From an uncultured virus (IMG/VR IMGVR_UViG_3300047548_000197) (lineage: Duplodnaviria; Heunggongvirae; Uroviricota; Caudoviricetes): a stretch of DNA of 60,715 nt. How positions within the stretch are numbered: position 1 is the first letter of the stretch; each line of letters begins with the position of its first letter. The DNA lies in the IMG/VR virus record IMGVR_UViG_3300047548_000197; one strand, written 5' to 3'. The position numbers and the translations under genes are program-made. Shown here one piece after another: positions 1-7,513 of this stretch. A model generated the notes under the pieces. That model was not told where the DNA came from and searched no databases. It worked only from the letters and a program-made list of their open reading frames with translations.

Positions 1-195
1 AATAATCCAGACTGGGTTACTTATGACAAAGACTTTGCACTGATGTCTGCTATTTGGTTCTGGAACAAAAACAAACTGAACAAAGAAGCAGATGCTGGTG
101 ATATTAAAACAATGACAAGAAAGATAAATGGTGGATATATTGGTCTTGAAGATCGTATCAAGCACTATAATGAGGCTATCCACTTACTAACATAA
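1..195 (+). CDS. C-terminal part of a glycoside hydrolase family 19 (chitinase-like) endolysin, 5' truncated by window edge
   Basis: Frame 1 translates NNPDWVTYDKDFALMSAIWFWNKNKLNKEADAGDIKTMTRKINGGYIGLEDRIKHYNEAIHLLT*; SAxWFW and T-x-x-INGG-x-x-GL-x-DR are GH19 hallmarks; TAATG overlap with next gene. Confidence 0.85.
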   Translation, partial: NNPDWVTYDKDFALMSAIWFWNKNKLNKEADAGDIKTMTRKINGGYIGLEDRIKHYNEAIHLLT

Positions 196-848
196 TGAAG
201 AATTTTATACATCATGATTTTGCGAAATTAGAACGTGATACAAGCCCTGATGGTACCCGTTTATACAGGACTCCATCAGGGCTTTCTTATCCAAGTGTTA
301 CTACAATCACAAAACAAGCGACTGAAGACGGTATCCGAAAATGGAGACTTCGTGTTGGCGAAGAAGAAGCCAACCGTGTTTCTGCCAAAGCCAGTGCACG
401 TGGCACAAGAATTCACTCACTGTGTGAAAACTATTTGTTGGGTAATGAGATTGTTCCAGACATGTTTGACGCAGAGATGTTTGGTTCTATTAAATTTTTA
501 CTAGATCAGATCGACAACATTCACTGTTTAGAAACTCCACTGTATTGTGATCACTTTGAAGTTGCTGGTACAGTAGATTGTATCGCTGAGTTTCAAGGTA
601 AGTTGTCTGTGATTGACTTTAAGACAGCAAGCAAACCAAAAGATCGCGATGACATCTATCATTACTTTATGCAGTGCGCAGCATACTCTGTTGCGTTTGA
701 AGAACGCACTGGAATACCAATTGGTCGCCTTGTAGTTATCATGGCTGTTGATAACGATGACCCTAGATGGTTTATTGAGAAACGCGATAACTGGATTGGT
801 GGTTTCAAGAAATTAAGATTAGACTACAAGTACAAAAATGGCATCTAA
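195..848 (+). CDS. PD-(D/E)XK exonuclease (lambda-exo/Cas4-like, common in T4-like phages)
   Basis: YPSVTT, RGTRIH, AGTVDC, IDFKT, YFMQ..AY motifs. Confidence 0.85.
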   Translation: MKNFIHHDFAKLERDTSPDGTRLYRTPSGLSYPSVTTITKQATEDGIRKWRLRVGEEEANRVSAKASARGTRIHSLCENYLLGNEIVPDMFDAEMFGSIKFLLDQIDNIHCLETPLYCDHFEVAGTVDCIAEFQGKLSVIDFKTASKPKDRDDIYHYFMQCAAYSVAFEERTGIPIGRLVVIMAVDNDDPRWFIEKRDNWIGGFKKLRLDYKYKNGI

Positions 849-1308
849 TATTTTATTCATAGAATCTGTTCTATCACCTGATCACTGCGAGAGATTGATT
901 AGCGATTTTATGATAGAACAAGTTGGTCCATCTCTAGACTATAATAAACTAGAACGTAAAAAAGTCACTGACAATACAATTGTAGTTGCTCTTGCTAAGA
1001 AATATGGTTTTGTTTATGACAGAGCATTTATACTTCGTTATAAGCAAGGTGACAAGAGCCCATTGCATGTTGATAATGTTTTTGTCAATAACTCCAAAAT
1101 AGAATCACACGGCTGGATAAAGAGTGTTATTGTTTTCTTGAATGATAACTTTGAGGGTGGTGAGTTGGTGTATCCAGATCAAGGAGTTACCATAAGACCA
1201 AAGGTTGGTAATATGGTCGTTGCTCCAGCTGATAGTAGTTCTCCGCATTATGTTACAGAGACTACCTCTGACCGTTATGTTCTTGTGTTACGTTTAGTTG
1301 ACATGTAA
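838..1308 (+). CDS. 2OG-Fe(II) oxygenase (prolyl-hydroxylase-like)
   Basis: HxD (LHVD), FLNDNFEGGEL, distal His (PHYV) and Arg (DRY). Confidence 0.85.
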   Translation: MASNILFIESVLSPDHCERLISDFMIEQVGPSLDYNKLERKKVTDNTIVVALAKKYGFVYDRAFILRYKQGDKSPLHVDNVFVNNSKIESHGWIKSVIVFLNDNFEGGELVYPDQGVTIRPKVGNMVVAPADSSSPHYVTETTSDRYVLVLRLVDM

Positions 1309-1326
1309 TAAATATATAAGTATAAT
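1298..1326 (+). promoter_or_regulatory. Consensus sigma70 promoter driving the tmRNA
   Basis: TTGACA (1298-1303), 17-nt spacer, TATAAT (1321-1326); spacer also contains ATAAATA (late-promoter-like). Confidence 0.85.
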
Positions 1327-1332
1327 ATAAGT

Positions 1333-1640
1333 TATTGCTGTAATTCCTTCAAAGCGAAGGACTTCTGGACGGGGGTTCGACTCCCCCCATCTCCACCAAA
1401 AGCATCTATTCCCTTTAGTGAAACCCAAATGCTAGGGTGTAGCATTACTAAAGGGCGCAATGGGTGTTTTTGATGGGGATGCCATGGTTTCGACAGGGGT
1501 AGATAGTAGCGACGGCAGCACGGTAGGCGATGACCGTAAATCAAGCAAACTAAGTAAATGCAAACGACAACGTTTTCGCATTAGCAGCCTAATCACTGCT
1601 TAGGGTTTCGGTTGGTTTCCTCGTAACAGAATAACCAACC
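1333..1640 (+). ncRNA. ssrA: Circularly permuted (two-piece) tmRNA; tag peptide ANDNVFALAA
   Basis: T-arm and acceptor 3' end GGGGGTTCGACTCCCCCCATCTCCACCA (ends 1398) precedes the 5' end GGGGATG (1475); 7-bp acceptor stem with G3:U70; tag ORF 1560-1592 GCA AAC GAC AAC GTT TTC GCA TTA GCA GCC TAA; outer ends approximate. Confidence 0.93.
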
Positions 1641-1708
1641 ACTTTAAAGTATTGCCACAGCGGGTGCCAATATTATGAACAACAATATTTTTAAAGGAAA
1701 ATTATAAA

Positions 1709-2269
1709 ATGAAAATGGCTTTAGCCTCAGCTTTGTTATTTGTATCTGGTGTTGCATCTGCTCAATCATCTATGAGCGTTAATTATGCAGTTCAAAATGA
1801 TGACTCTCCTGCAGTACAAAAACATGTTACTGCATTGAAAGTCCAGACTAAGTTAACAAAGTCTATTGATGGTGATTTGGGTATCTCAGCTACTACTGCT
1901 GATGTTGCAAACACTATCACTAATCGTTATGAAGCAGGATTGATTTATAGCCTTCCAGTATCCTCTAGCGTAACAGCTTCTGTTCGCGGTGGTCTTGGTA
2001 CCAAGCAAGCATCTGGCAAACCAGATTATGCATACTACTCTGTCGAACCTGCAGTTTCTTTCAAACTACCAGTTGAAGGTTTTTCTGCTAAAGTTGGTTA
2101 CCGCTGGCGCGATGGCTTTAATGATTTAGCAAAAGACACTAACCAAGCAACTCGTATGTCTTTGACATATGCTTTGACTAAGTTGGACAAAGTAACTATC
2201 GGTCACGATATTCAACGTGGCGATAGCGCGAACAAGACTACTTCACTTCAGTACTCTCGTTCTTTCTAA
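1709..2269 (+). CDS. Outer-membrane beta-barrel protein
   Basis: Sec signal peptide (..VASA|Q), alternating amphipathic strands, C-terminal YSRSF Bam-type signal. Confidence 0.75.
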   Translation: MKMALASALLFVSGVASAQSSMSVNYAVQNDDSPAVQKHVTALKVQTKLTKSIDGDLGISATTADVANTITNRYEAGLIYSLPVSSSVTASVRGGLGTKQASGKPDYAYYSVEPAVSFKLPVEGFSAKVGYRWRDGFNDLAKDTNQATRMSLTYALTKLDKVTIGHDIQRGDSANKTTSLQYSRSF

Positions 2270-2273
2270 TAGC

Positions 2274-2299
2274 AGGGTGGCTTGTCCACCCTTTCTTTT
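2274..2299 (+). terminator. Intrinsic terminator
   Basis: AGGGTGG-cttgt-CCACCCT followed by TTCTTTT. Confidence 0.7.
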
Positions 2300-2312
2300 A
2301 TAGAGGAATAAA

Positions 2313-2516
2313 ATGAAATACCTTATCACTACAGCGTTTCTATTGGCAATGTCAGTTAGCTGGGCAGCAGAACCGACTAAAAAGCCAGAGCCTGTCAAGA
2401 AAGAGCAGAAAGCCCCTGCTAAAAAGAATTGTGATATGTTGAAGGACAAAAACTGCGATAAAGCACCTCCATCAGCAAACAAGCCAGTGCCTAAGAAAAA
2501 GGCAGAAGCAAAATAA
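2313..2516 (+). CDS. Small secreted Lys/Pro-rich protein
   Basis: GAGG RBS, signal peptide ending SWA, two Cys in mature part. Confidence 0.7.
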   Translation: MKYLITTAFLLAMSVSWAAEPTKKPEPVKKEQKAPAKKNCDMLKDKNCDKAPPSANKPVPKKKAEAK

Positions 2517-2604
2517 TCTACTGATCAATCAGACTAGCAAAAAGTCCACCTGATACGGGATCGGGGTGTGGAAACACACCCTTTAACTAATTAAGGAGAT
2601 AATT

Positions 2605-3117
2605 ATGCACTTACGTGTAACTATTATTTTAGCCATCGCGGCATTGAGTTTATTGACTTTGGTTTCTTCTAATCCACCTAGAGAAAAAATCATAGAAATA
2701 ACTTATAATTCATTAACACAAGAATCACAAAAACAAGTTGATTGTCTTGCACAAAACATTTATTTCGAAGCTGGTCATGAACCACATGAAGGAAAGATGG
2801 CTGTTGCTCTTGTGACACTAAACAGATTACAAGATCCTAGATTTCCAAAAGATATTTGTTCTGTAGTCAAACAAAAGGTAAAATCAACGTGTCAGTTCTC
2901 TTGGTTCTGTGAACGTAAAAAGAACATCAAAGAAGAAGTTTATGATTCTTCTAAACAGATGGCTATATACGTTTATGCTAACTATGAAAAGTTAAAGGAC
3001 ATTACTCATGGAGCGCTGTTCTATCATGCTGATTATGTGAATCCCCGTTGGAGAGGATTAGAAGTGACAACTAAGATAGGTAGACATATTTTTTATAAAG
3101 AAAGAGAACGCATATGA
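2605..3117 (+). CDS. SleB-like cell wall hydrolase (Hydrolase_2)
   Basis: CLAQNIYFEA, VALVTLNR, CQFSW, GALFYHADYV.P.W, IGRHIFY; N-terminal hydrophobic segment; AAGGAG RBS. Confidence 0.92.
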   Translation: MHLRVTIILAIAALSLLTLVSSNPPREKIIEITYNSLTQESQKQVDCLAQNIYFEAGHEPHEGKMAVALVTLNRLQDPRFPKDICSVVKQKVKSTCQFSWFCERKKNIKEEVYDSSKQMAIYVYANYEKLKDITHGALFYHADYVNPRWRGLEVTTKIGRHIFYKERERI

Positions 3118-3671
3118 TGTCCAAAATGAATTTACAATTAAAAGAAGAAACATCTCGCCACTCATTCTTCCTAATGATGGAAGAAGTTAATCTAGCTAGT
3201 TGTAAGCAAGCAGTTGAATGGATTTTCGAAGCAAACTTTGCTGAAGAACGTCCAGAGATGTTAAACTTGTTAATCACAAGTCCAGGTGGTGATTTAAATG
3301 CCGCATTTGCTTTAATTGATGTTATGCGTGGTTCAGCCATTCCAGTTCGTACAATTGGTTTAGGTCAGATTGCTTCTGCTGGTTTAATGATCTTTATTGC
3401 TGGTGATAAGGGGTTGAGACTATTGACACCAAATACTTCTATTCTTTCTCATCAATACTCTTGGGGTGCTATTGGTAAAGAACACGAATTGTTTGCCACT
3501 GTTAAAGAATTTGACTTGACTACCAAGAAAATGATCGCTCATTATAAAAAATGTACTGGTCTAACTGAAGCCAAGATTCGCGAAGTATTATTGCCACCAC
3601 AAGATGTTTGGTTGAGCCCAACTGAGGCAAAGAAACTTGGTTTGTGTGATGATGTTAAAGATTTATCATAA
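3114..3671 (+). CDS. clpP: ClpP-family protease proteolytic subunit
   Basis: ITSPGG, GQIASAG (catalytic Ser), SHQ (His), DVWLSPTEAKKLGLCD. Confidence 0.9.
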   Translation: MMSKMNLQLKEETSRHSFFLMMEEVNLASCKQAVEWIFEANFAEERPEMLNLLITSPGGDLNAAFALIDVMRGSAIPVRTIGLGQIASAGLMIFIAGDKGLRLLTPNTSILSHQYSWGAIGKEHELFATVKEFDLTTKKMIAHYKKCTGLTEAKIREVLLPPQDVWLSPTEAKKLGLCDDVKDLS

Positions 3672-3672
3672 T

Positions 3673-3897
3673 ATGGAACGTAATATTTTTATTATTTGTT
3701 TGACTATTTCATTATTGTCATTAATGGGTTCTGTTAGTTATTATAAGATTGCAGAACTAAAATCATTAGAGAAGAATATTGAAACTGCCATTGCAAAGGG
3801 TATTGACCCATTAGCCGTTAAATGTGCTTATAATAATAGCACTACTAATGTGTGTTTATCGTATAGTATCTCCCAGAGCCAAACCCCTAAAAAGTAA
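3673..3897 (+). CDS. Small membrane-anchored hypothetical protein
   Basis: ATG 3673 just after clpP stop; N-terminal TM helix; two Cys near C-terminus. Confidence 0.65.
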   Translation: MERNIFIICLTISLLSLMGSVSYYKIAELKSLEKNIETAIAKGIDPLAVKCAYNNSTTNVCLSYSISQSQTPKK

Positions 3898-3915
3898 TAC
3901 TTTAGGTTTACTTTT

Positions 3916-3942
3916 AAAGACCCTACCGAGTGTGGGGTCTTT
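3916..3942. terminator. Hairpin, likely terminator
   Basis: AAAGACCCTAC-cgagt-GTGGGGTCTTT. Confidence 0.65.
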
Positions 3943-3954
3943 CACATTTAGTTG

Positions 3955-3983
3955 TTGTCTTTTATTGCATCTTGCTGTATAAT
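3955..3983 (+). promoter_or_regulatory. Early sigma70-type promoter
   Basis: TTGTCT-17 nt-TATAAT; same TTGTCTTTT..TG-TATAAT pattern recurs at 54287 and 59254. Confidence 0.8.
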
Positions 3984-4012
3984 AACTCTATTGTGATTGA
4001 GAAAGGTTTGTT

Positions 4013-4708
4013 ATGAAATTGCTTAGCACTGGTAATCCAAAGTTGTTGAAGGGTCAAAAGAAAGGTTATATGTCTTTCGTCCTCCACTTGTCTCCTGCCG
4101 ATGTTTCTGGTTACGAGACTTGCCCCAAGCGCACTGCTGGATGTACTGCTGCATGCTTGAACACTGCTGGTCGTGGTGGTATGTTCAAGAAGGGTGAAAA
4201 CACTAACGTGATTCAACAAGCCCGTATTCGCAAGACCAAGATGTTTTTCGAGAATCGCGATCAATTCATGAAAGACTTGGTTGCTGATATCAAACTGGGT
4301 ATCAAGCAAGCTGAGAAAAAAGACATGATTCCAGCGTTTCGTCTCAATGGTACATCTGACCTAAGCTGGGAAAAATATGAAGTTGCAGATGGCAAGAACA
4401 TTTTCCAGTTGTTCCCTGAAGTGCAATTCTATGACTACACCAAAGTGCGCAACCGTAAGGTGTCTCACCTGACTAACTATCACCTGACATTCTCTAAGGC
4501 TGATGGAAACGACATGGATGTTCGTTTGGTTGCATCGACTGGTATGAATGTGGCTGTTGTCTTCAAAGAAGTGCCAGATACTTACATCGGACGTACAGTT
4601 ATCGATGGTGATGAAACCGACTTGCGATTCCTTGACCCTAAGGGTGTAGTTGTTGGTCTCAAAGCCAAGGGTAAAGCTAAAAAAGACACAACTGGTTTCG
4701 TAGTTTGA
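4013..4708 (+). CDS. GP88-family protein (Cys-cluster, radical-SAM-like)
   Basis: TCPKRTAGCTAACL, FRLNGTSD, QFYDYTK, DGDETDLRFLD. Confidence 0.7.
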   Translation: MKLLSTGNPKLLKGQKKGYMSFVLHLSPADVSGYETCPKRTAGCTAACLNTAGRGGMFKKGENTNVIQQARIRKTKMFFENRDQFMKDLVADIKLGIKQAEKKDMIPAFRLNGTSDLSWEKYEVADGKNIFQLFPEVQFYDYTKVRNRKVSHLTNYHLTFSKADGNDMDVRLVASTGMNVAVVFKEVPDTYIGRTVIDGDETDLRFLDPKGVVVGLKAKGKAKKDTTGFVV

Positions 4709-4733
4709 CTTGCAACGCTGATTAAGGTATAAT
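4705..4733 (+). promoter_or_regulatory. Early sigma70-type promoter
   Basis: TTGACT-17 nt-TATAAT, 6 nt before ATG 4740. Confidence 0.75.
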
Positions 4734-4739
4734 AGAATC

Positions 4740-5075
4740 ATGCAGATGATACACACTTCACTTGGTAAATCTAAGAAACGTAAACCAACAGCAAAGCAAC
4801 GCGAGTTGGATGCATCGTGGGAAAAGTTGATGAAGAAGTACGAACCAAAGAAGCCACTGAAGGTTGTGAAGCCAATCAGTGAGCCTAAACCCTTCATCCG
4901 TGAAACACCAAAGATTCCAAGTCTACCATTCTCTGGTGGAGTCTGTGCCAAGAAACCAAACCCAGTATATACAGGTTCTGCCATCAAGGGTATTGGAACG
5001 ATGCATAAGTCGAATGCAGTTCCAGTATTCTCTGATGAGCAAGCTATTGAAATTGCAACTATGAGGAGAGGATAA
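4740..5075 (+). CDS. Conserved basic hypothetical phage protein
   Basis: Lys-rich; C-terminal YTG..GIGTMHKSNAVPV motif seen in T4-like phage hypotheticals. Confidence 0.75.
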   Translation: MQMIHTSLGKSKKRKPTAKQRELDASWEKLMKKYEPKKPLKVVKPISEPKPFIRETPKIPSLPFSGGVCAKKPNPVYTGSAIKGIGTMHKSNAVPVFSDEQAIEIATMRRG

Positions 5076-5108
5076 CGAATTGCCTTGCAATATCGTTTAA
5101 GATATAAT

Positions 5109-5321
5109 ATGAATTATGTAGCTAAACACAATCAACTTTGCGCCGAGAGAATGAAAATGGATCGGTTCTTTACTATGTTCTTGGACAAGTTTGGTAGTAA
5201 GATGGATCCAGAAAAACCCAATACTCCTCAATGGAAACTGTATCGAAAGAAACACGAGGAATATGGTAAACTTTCTCAGGAAATCCGCAATGTAGAATAC
5301 TGGATTAAAAAGAATGTTTAA
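5109..5321 (+). CDS. Hypothetical protein
   Basis: ATG 5109; overlaps gp33 start. Confidence 0.6.
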   Translation: MNYVAKHNQLCAERMKMDRFFTMFLDKFGSKMDPEKPNTPQWKLYRKKHEEYGKLSQEIRNVEYWIKKNV

Positions 5322-5529
5322 ATCGTCAAACGAATTTTCACTGCACATCGAGCAGATGGTAAAAGATCGAAAACTCAATCACATGGATGCGGTCTTAGAA
5401 TATTGTAAAGAAAATTACATTGAGCCTGATGATGTTTCTTCACTCATCAACAAGTCTCTTCGTGATAAAATTGAAATGAATTTCCGTGAACTCAACTATC
5501 TTCCAAAACAAGCGCAACTTGATATCTAA
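5314..5529 (+). CDS. gp33: Late transcription coactivator gp33
   Basis: FSLHIEQMV...MDAVLEYC...INKSLRDKIE..LNYL; synteny 33-59-32. Confidence 0.85.
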   Translation: MFKSSNEFSLHIEQMVKDRKLNHMDAVLEYCKENYIEPDDVSSLINKSLRDKIEMNFRELNYLPKQAQLDI

Positions 5530-5707
5530 TATCGGTATTGGTATATTCGCAGCGATGTGGATTGGTGTTGGGTTTTACTTTTTAAATTCTATACCCAAAC
5601 AACCCGTTGTAGTTTACAACTGTGAATTATCTGAAATCTCTCCAGATTTTCCACCAGCAGCACGTGAAGCGTGCAGAAATATGAGAGCACAAAGTGGACG
5701 GTTATAA
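5486..5707 (+). CDS. Small membrane hypothetical protein (start uncertain, TTG 5519 possible)
   Basis: TM segment followed by YNC...ACR. Confidence 0.55.
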   Translation: MNSTIFQNKRNLISNIGIGIFAAMWIGVGFYFLNSIPKQPVVVYNCELSEISPDFPPAAREACRNMRAQSGRL

Positions 5708-6314
5708 AGCATATAGGTATTACCTAGCATTAAAATTACACTTTACCACAGACAAGTTTAACGTCTTCGAAAACAGAGGAAATGTTAAAATGTCAAGAGA
5801 TTCGTTCAACTCTAGAAATGATCGATATATCTTTGAAAAATTGTCGAATAAGTATGATACAGACCGTGATATCATACAATTCTATGTAGCGAACTTTGCT
5901 TATGGTGATGAAGCTGCTATTTACGAAGGATCGCAGTCTGTAGAAAATCTAACTGAGTGGACCAAACGCAAACAATCTATTACAAAGAATTTTATAGATG
6001 ACCTTGCCAATGTTGTAACTCATTTAGAAACTACTAAGATAGAATTCAATAAACTGTTCAATGCCGATTCTGGCGACATTCCAGTTCTTCTGACACTTTA
6101 CTTGTCAGGCAAGGTTTCTATAGAGTCTATGAGAATGATAGATGATATTGAGCCATACTTGTACAAGTGGGAAACAACACCTGTAATGTTTGCATTTGAA
6201 TCACAACTTAGACGCATTAAAAAGTTGACTGGATTCGTTAAATACGATAGAATTAAAGCTGAAAAGATTTTCCAGCACTTCAAGGAAGAATTTGTAGAGC
6301 AACAAAATGGGTAA
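5694..6314 (+). CDS. gp59: Helicase loader gp59
   Basis: AYRYYLALKLHF, RNDRYIFEKLS; position between gp33 and gp32. Confidence 0.85.
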   Translation: MDGYKAYRYYLALKLHFTTDKFNVFENRGNVKMSRDSFNSRNDRYIFEKLSNKYDTDRDIIQFYVANFAYGDEAAIYEGSQSVENLTEWTKRKQSITKNFIDDLANVVTHLETTKIEFNKLFNADSGDIPVLLTLYLSGKVSIESMRMIDDIEPYLYKWETTPVMFAFESQLRRIKKLTGFVKYDRIKAEKIFQHFKEEFVEQQNG

Positions 6315-6519
6315 GACTTACCACAAACAATCTAATCGCTACGATGATGATAATCCCTCTAGCCGTTCGGGGAAACACGCCAAACATTCAAACAATAGAA
6401 AGTCTGGTGGTATGAGAACGCTAAATAGTTATGTAGAGGATGACCAATTCTATGACGACACATTCGAGGATGATGTTGGACTAGAAGACGAAATTTCGAT
6501 ACAATACAATAAATCTTAA
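6307..6519 (+). CDS. Hypothetical protein, basic N-terminus and acidic C-terminus
   Basis: Open frame coupled to gp59 stop. Confidence 0.6.
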   Translation: MGKTYHKQSNRYDDDNPSSRSGKHAKHSNNRKSGGMRTLNSYVEDDQFYDDTFEDDVGLEDEISIQYNKS

Positions 6520-6544
6520 TACTACGTTTATACAAGGAAAATAT

Positions 6545-7465
6545 ATGGATATTCAAACACTTCGCAAAATGCGCAACTCTGACTTCGGTGCTATCTCTAA
6601 CGCATTCGAAAAGATTGCCAACCCTCAGACCGAAACTAAATCTTTTGCTGATGATCGCTTCTGGCGTTTAGAAGGCGACAAGGCTGGTAACGGTACTGCC
6701 ACTATTCGATTCCTACCAAAGACTGACTCTGACGAACTACCATGGGTGAAAATCTTTTCCCACGGTTTCCAAGGTCCAACTGGTAAGTGGTACATCGAAA
6801 ACTCTCTTACTACTCTCGGCGAGAATGACCCTGTTGGTGAATTGAACACTCAACTGTGGAACACTGGTACTGAGACAAACAAAGAAATTGCACGTAAACA
6901 AAAGCGTAAGCTGGCGTTCATCTGTAACATTCTGGTTGTTTCTGACCCAAAGCATCCTGAGAATGAAGGTAAGGTATTCCTGTTCAAGTTCGGTAAGAAA
7001 ATCTTCGACAAGATCATGGACAAGGCTCGCCCTACATTTGAAGATGAGAAACCAGTCAACGTCTTTGACTTTGATCAAGGTGCTAACTTCAAACTTCGTA
7101 TGCGTAAGAAAGATGGTTATGCGAACTATGACGAATCAGTATTCACTGAGCCATGCCCAATTTCTTCTGATGATGAAGAAATCGTTCGTGTGTTGTCTGC
7201 TCGCCATACTCTGGCAGAATTCACTGATCGTAAAAACTTCAAGTCTTACGATGAGTTGAAGAAGAAGCTGAATGAAGTTCTTTCTGGTGACTCTTTTGCA
7301 CCTAAGTCTGCAGCTGAAATGGCTGAAGATGAACGTCCAAGTGCTCCAGCACCAGAAGCAAAGTCTGCTCCAGCGTTCACACCAAAGGCATCTAAACCAG
7401 CTCCAATGGAAGATGATGACGATGATGTGATGTCTTACTTTGAGAAGATCGCTAAAGAAGAATAA
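6545..7465 (+). CDS. gp32: Single-stranded DNA-binding protein gp32
   Basis: DDRFW, GNGTATIRFLP, WYIENSLTT, FKFGKKIFDKI, acidic tail. Confidence 0.97.
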   Translation: MDIQTLRKMRNSDFGAISNAFEKIANPQTETKSFADDRFWRLEGDKAGNGTATIRFLPKTDSDELPWVKIFSHGFQGPTGKWYIENSLTTLGENDPVGELNTQLWNTGTETNKEIARKQKRKLAFICNILVVSDPKHPENEGKVFLFKFGKKIFDKIMDKARPTFEDEKPVNVFDFDQGANFKLRMRKKDGYANYDESVFTEPCPISSDDEEIVRVLSARHTLAEFTDRKNFKSYDELKKKLNEVLSGDSFAPKSAAEMAEDERPSAPAPEAKSAPAFTPKASKPAPMEDDDDDVMSYFEKIAKEE

Positions 7466-7484
7466 ACTTTTATCTCTAAAAGTT

Positions 7485-7510
7485 AAAAGCCACCTTTCGG
7501 TGGCTTTTTT
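7485..7510. terminator. Bidirectional intrinsic terminator between convergent operons
   Basis: AAAAGCCACC-tttc-GGTGGCTTTTTT. Confidence 0.9.
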
Positions 7511-7513
7511 GTA

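Noticed and set aside
195..848. Cas4-like nuclease implying CRISPR system
   Set aside because: No repeat-spacer array or other cas genes visible; standard phage exonuclease
1366..1398. Apparent tRNA fragment
   Set aside because: No anticodon arm; it is the tmRNA acceptor piece
1332..1544. 70-aa minus-strand ORF
   Set aside because: Antisense shadow of the tmRNA gene
2521..2581. CTGA...GAAA as hammerhead ribozyme
   Set aside because: Core CUGAnGA is not present and the stems do not match the topology
5080..5110. Possible sigma70 promoter before ORF 5109
   Set aside because: TTGCCT to TATAAT spacing is 19 nt and the -10 overlaps the start codon
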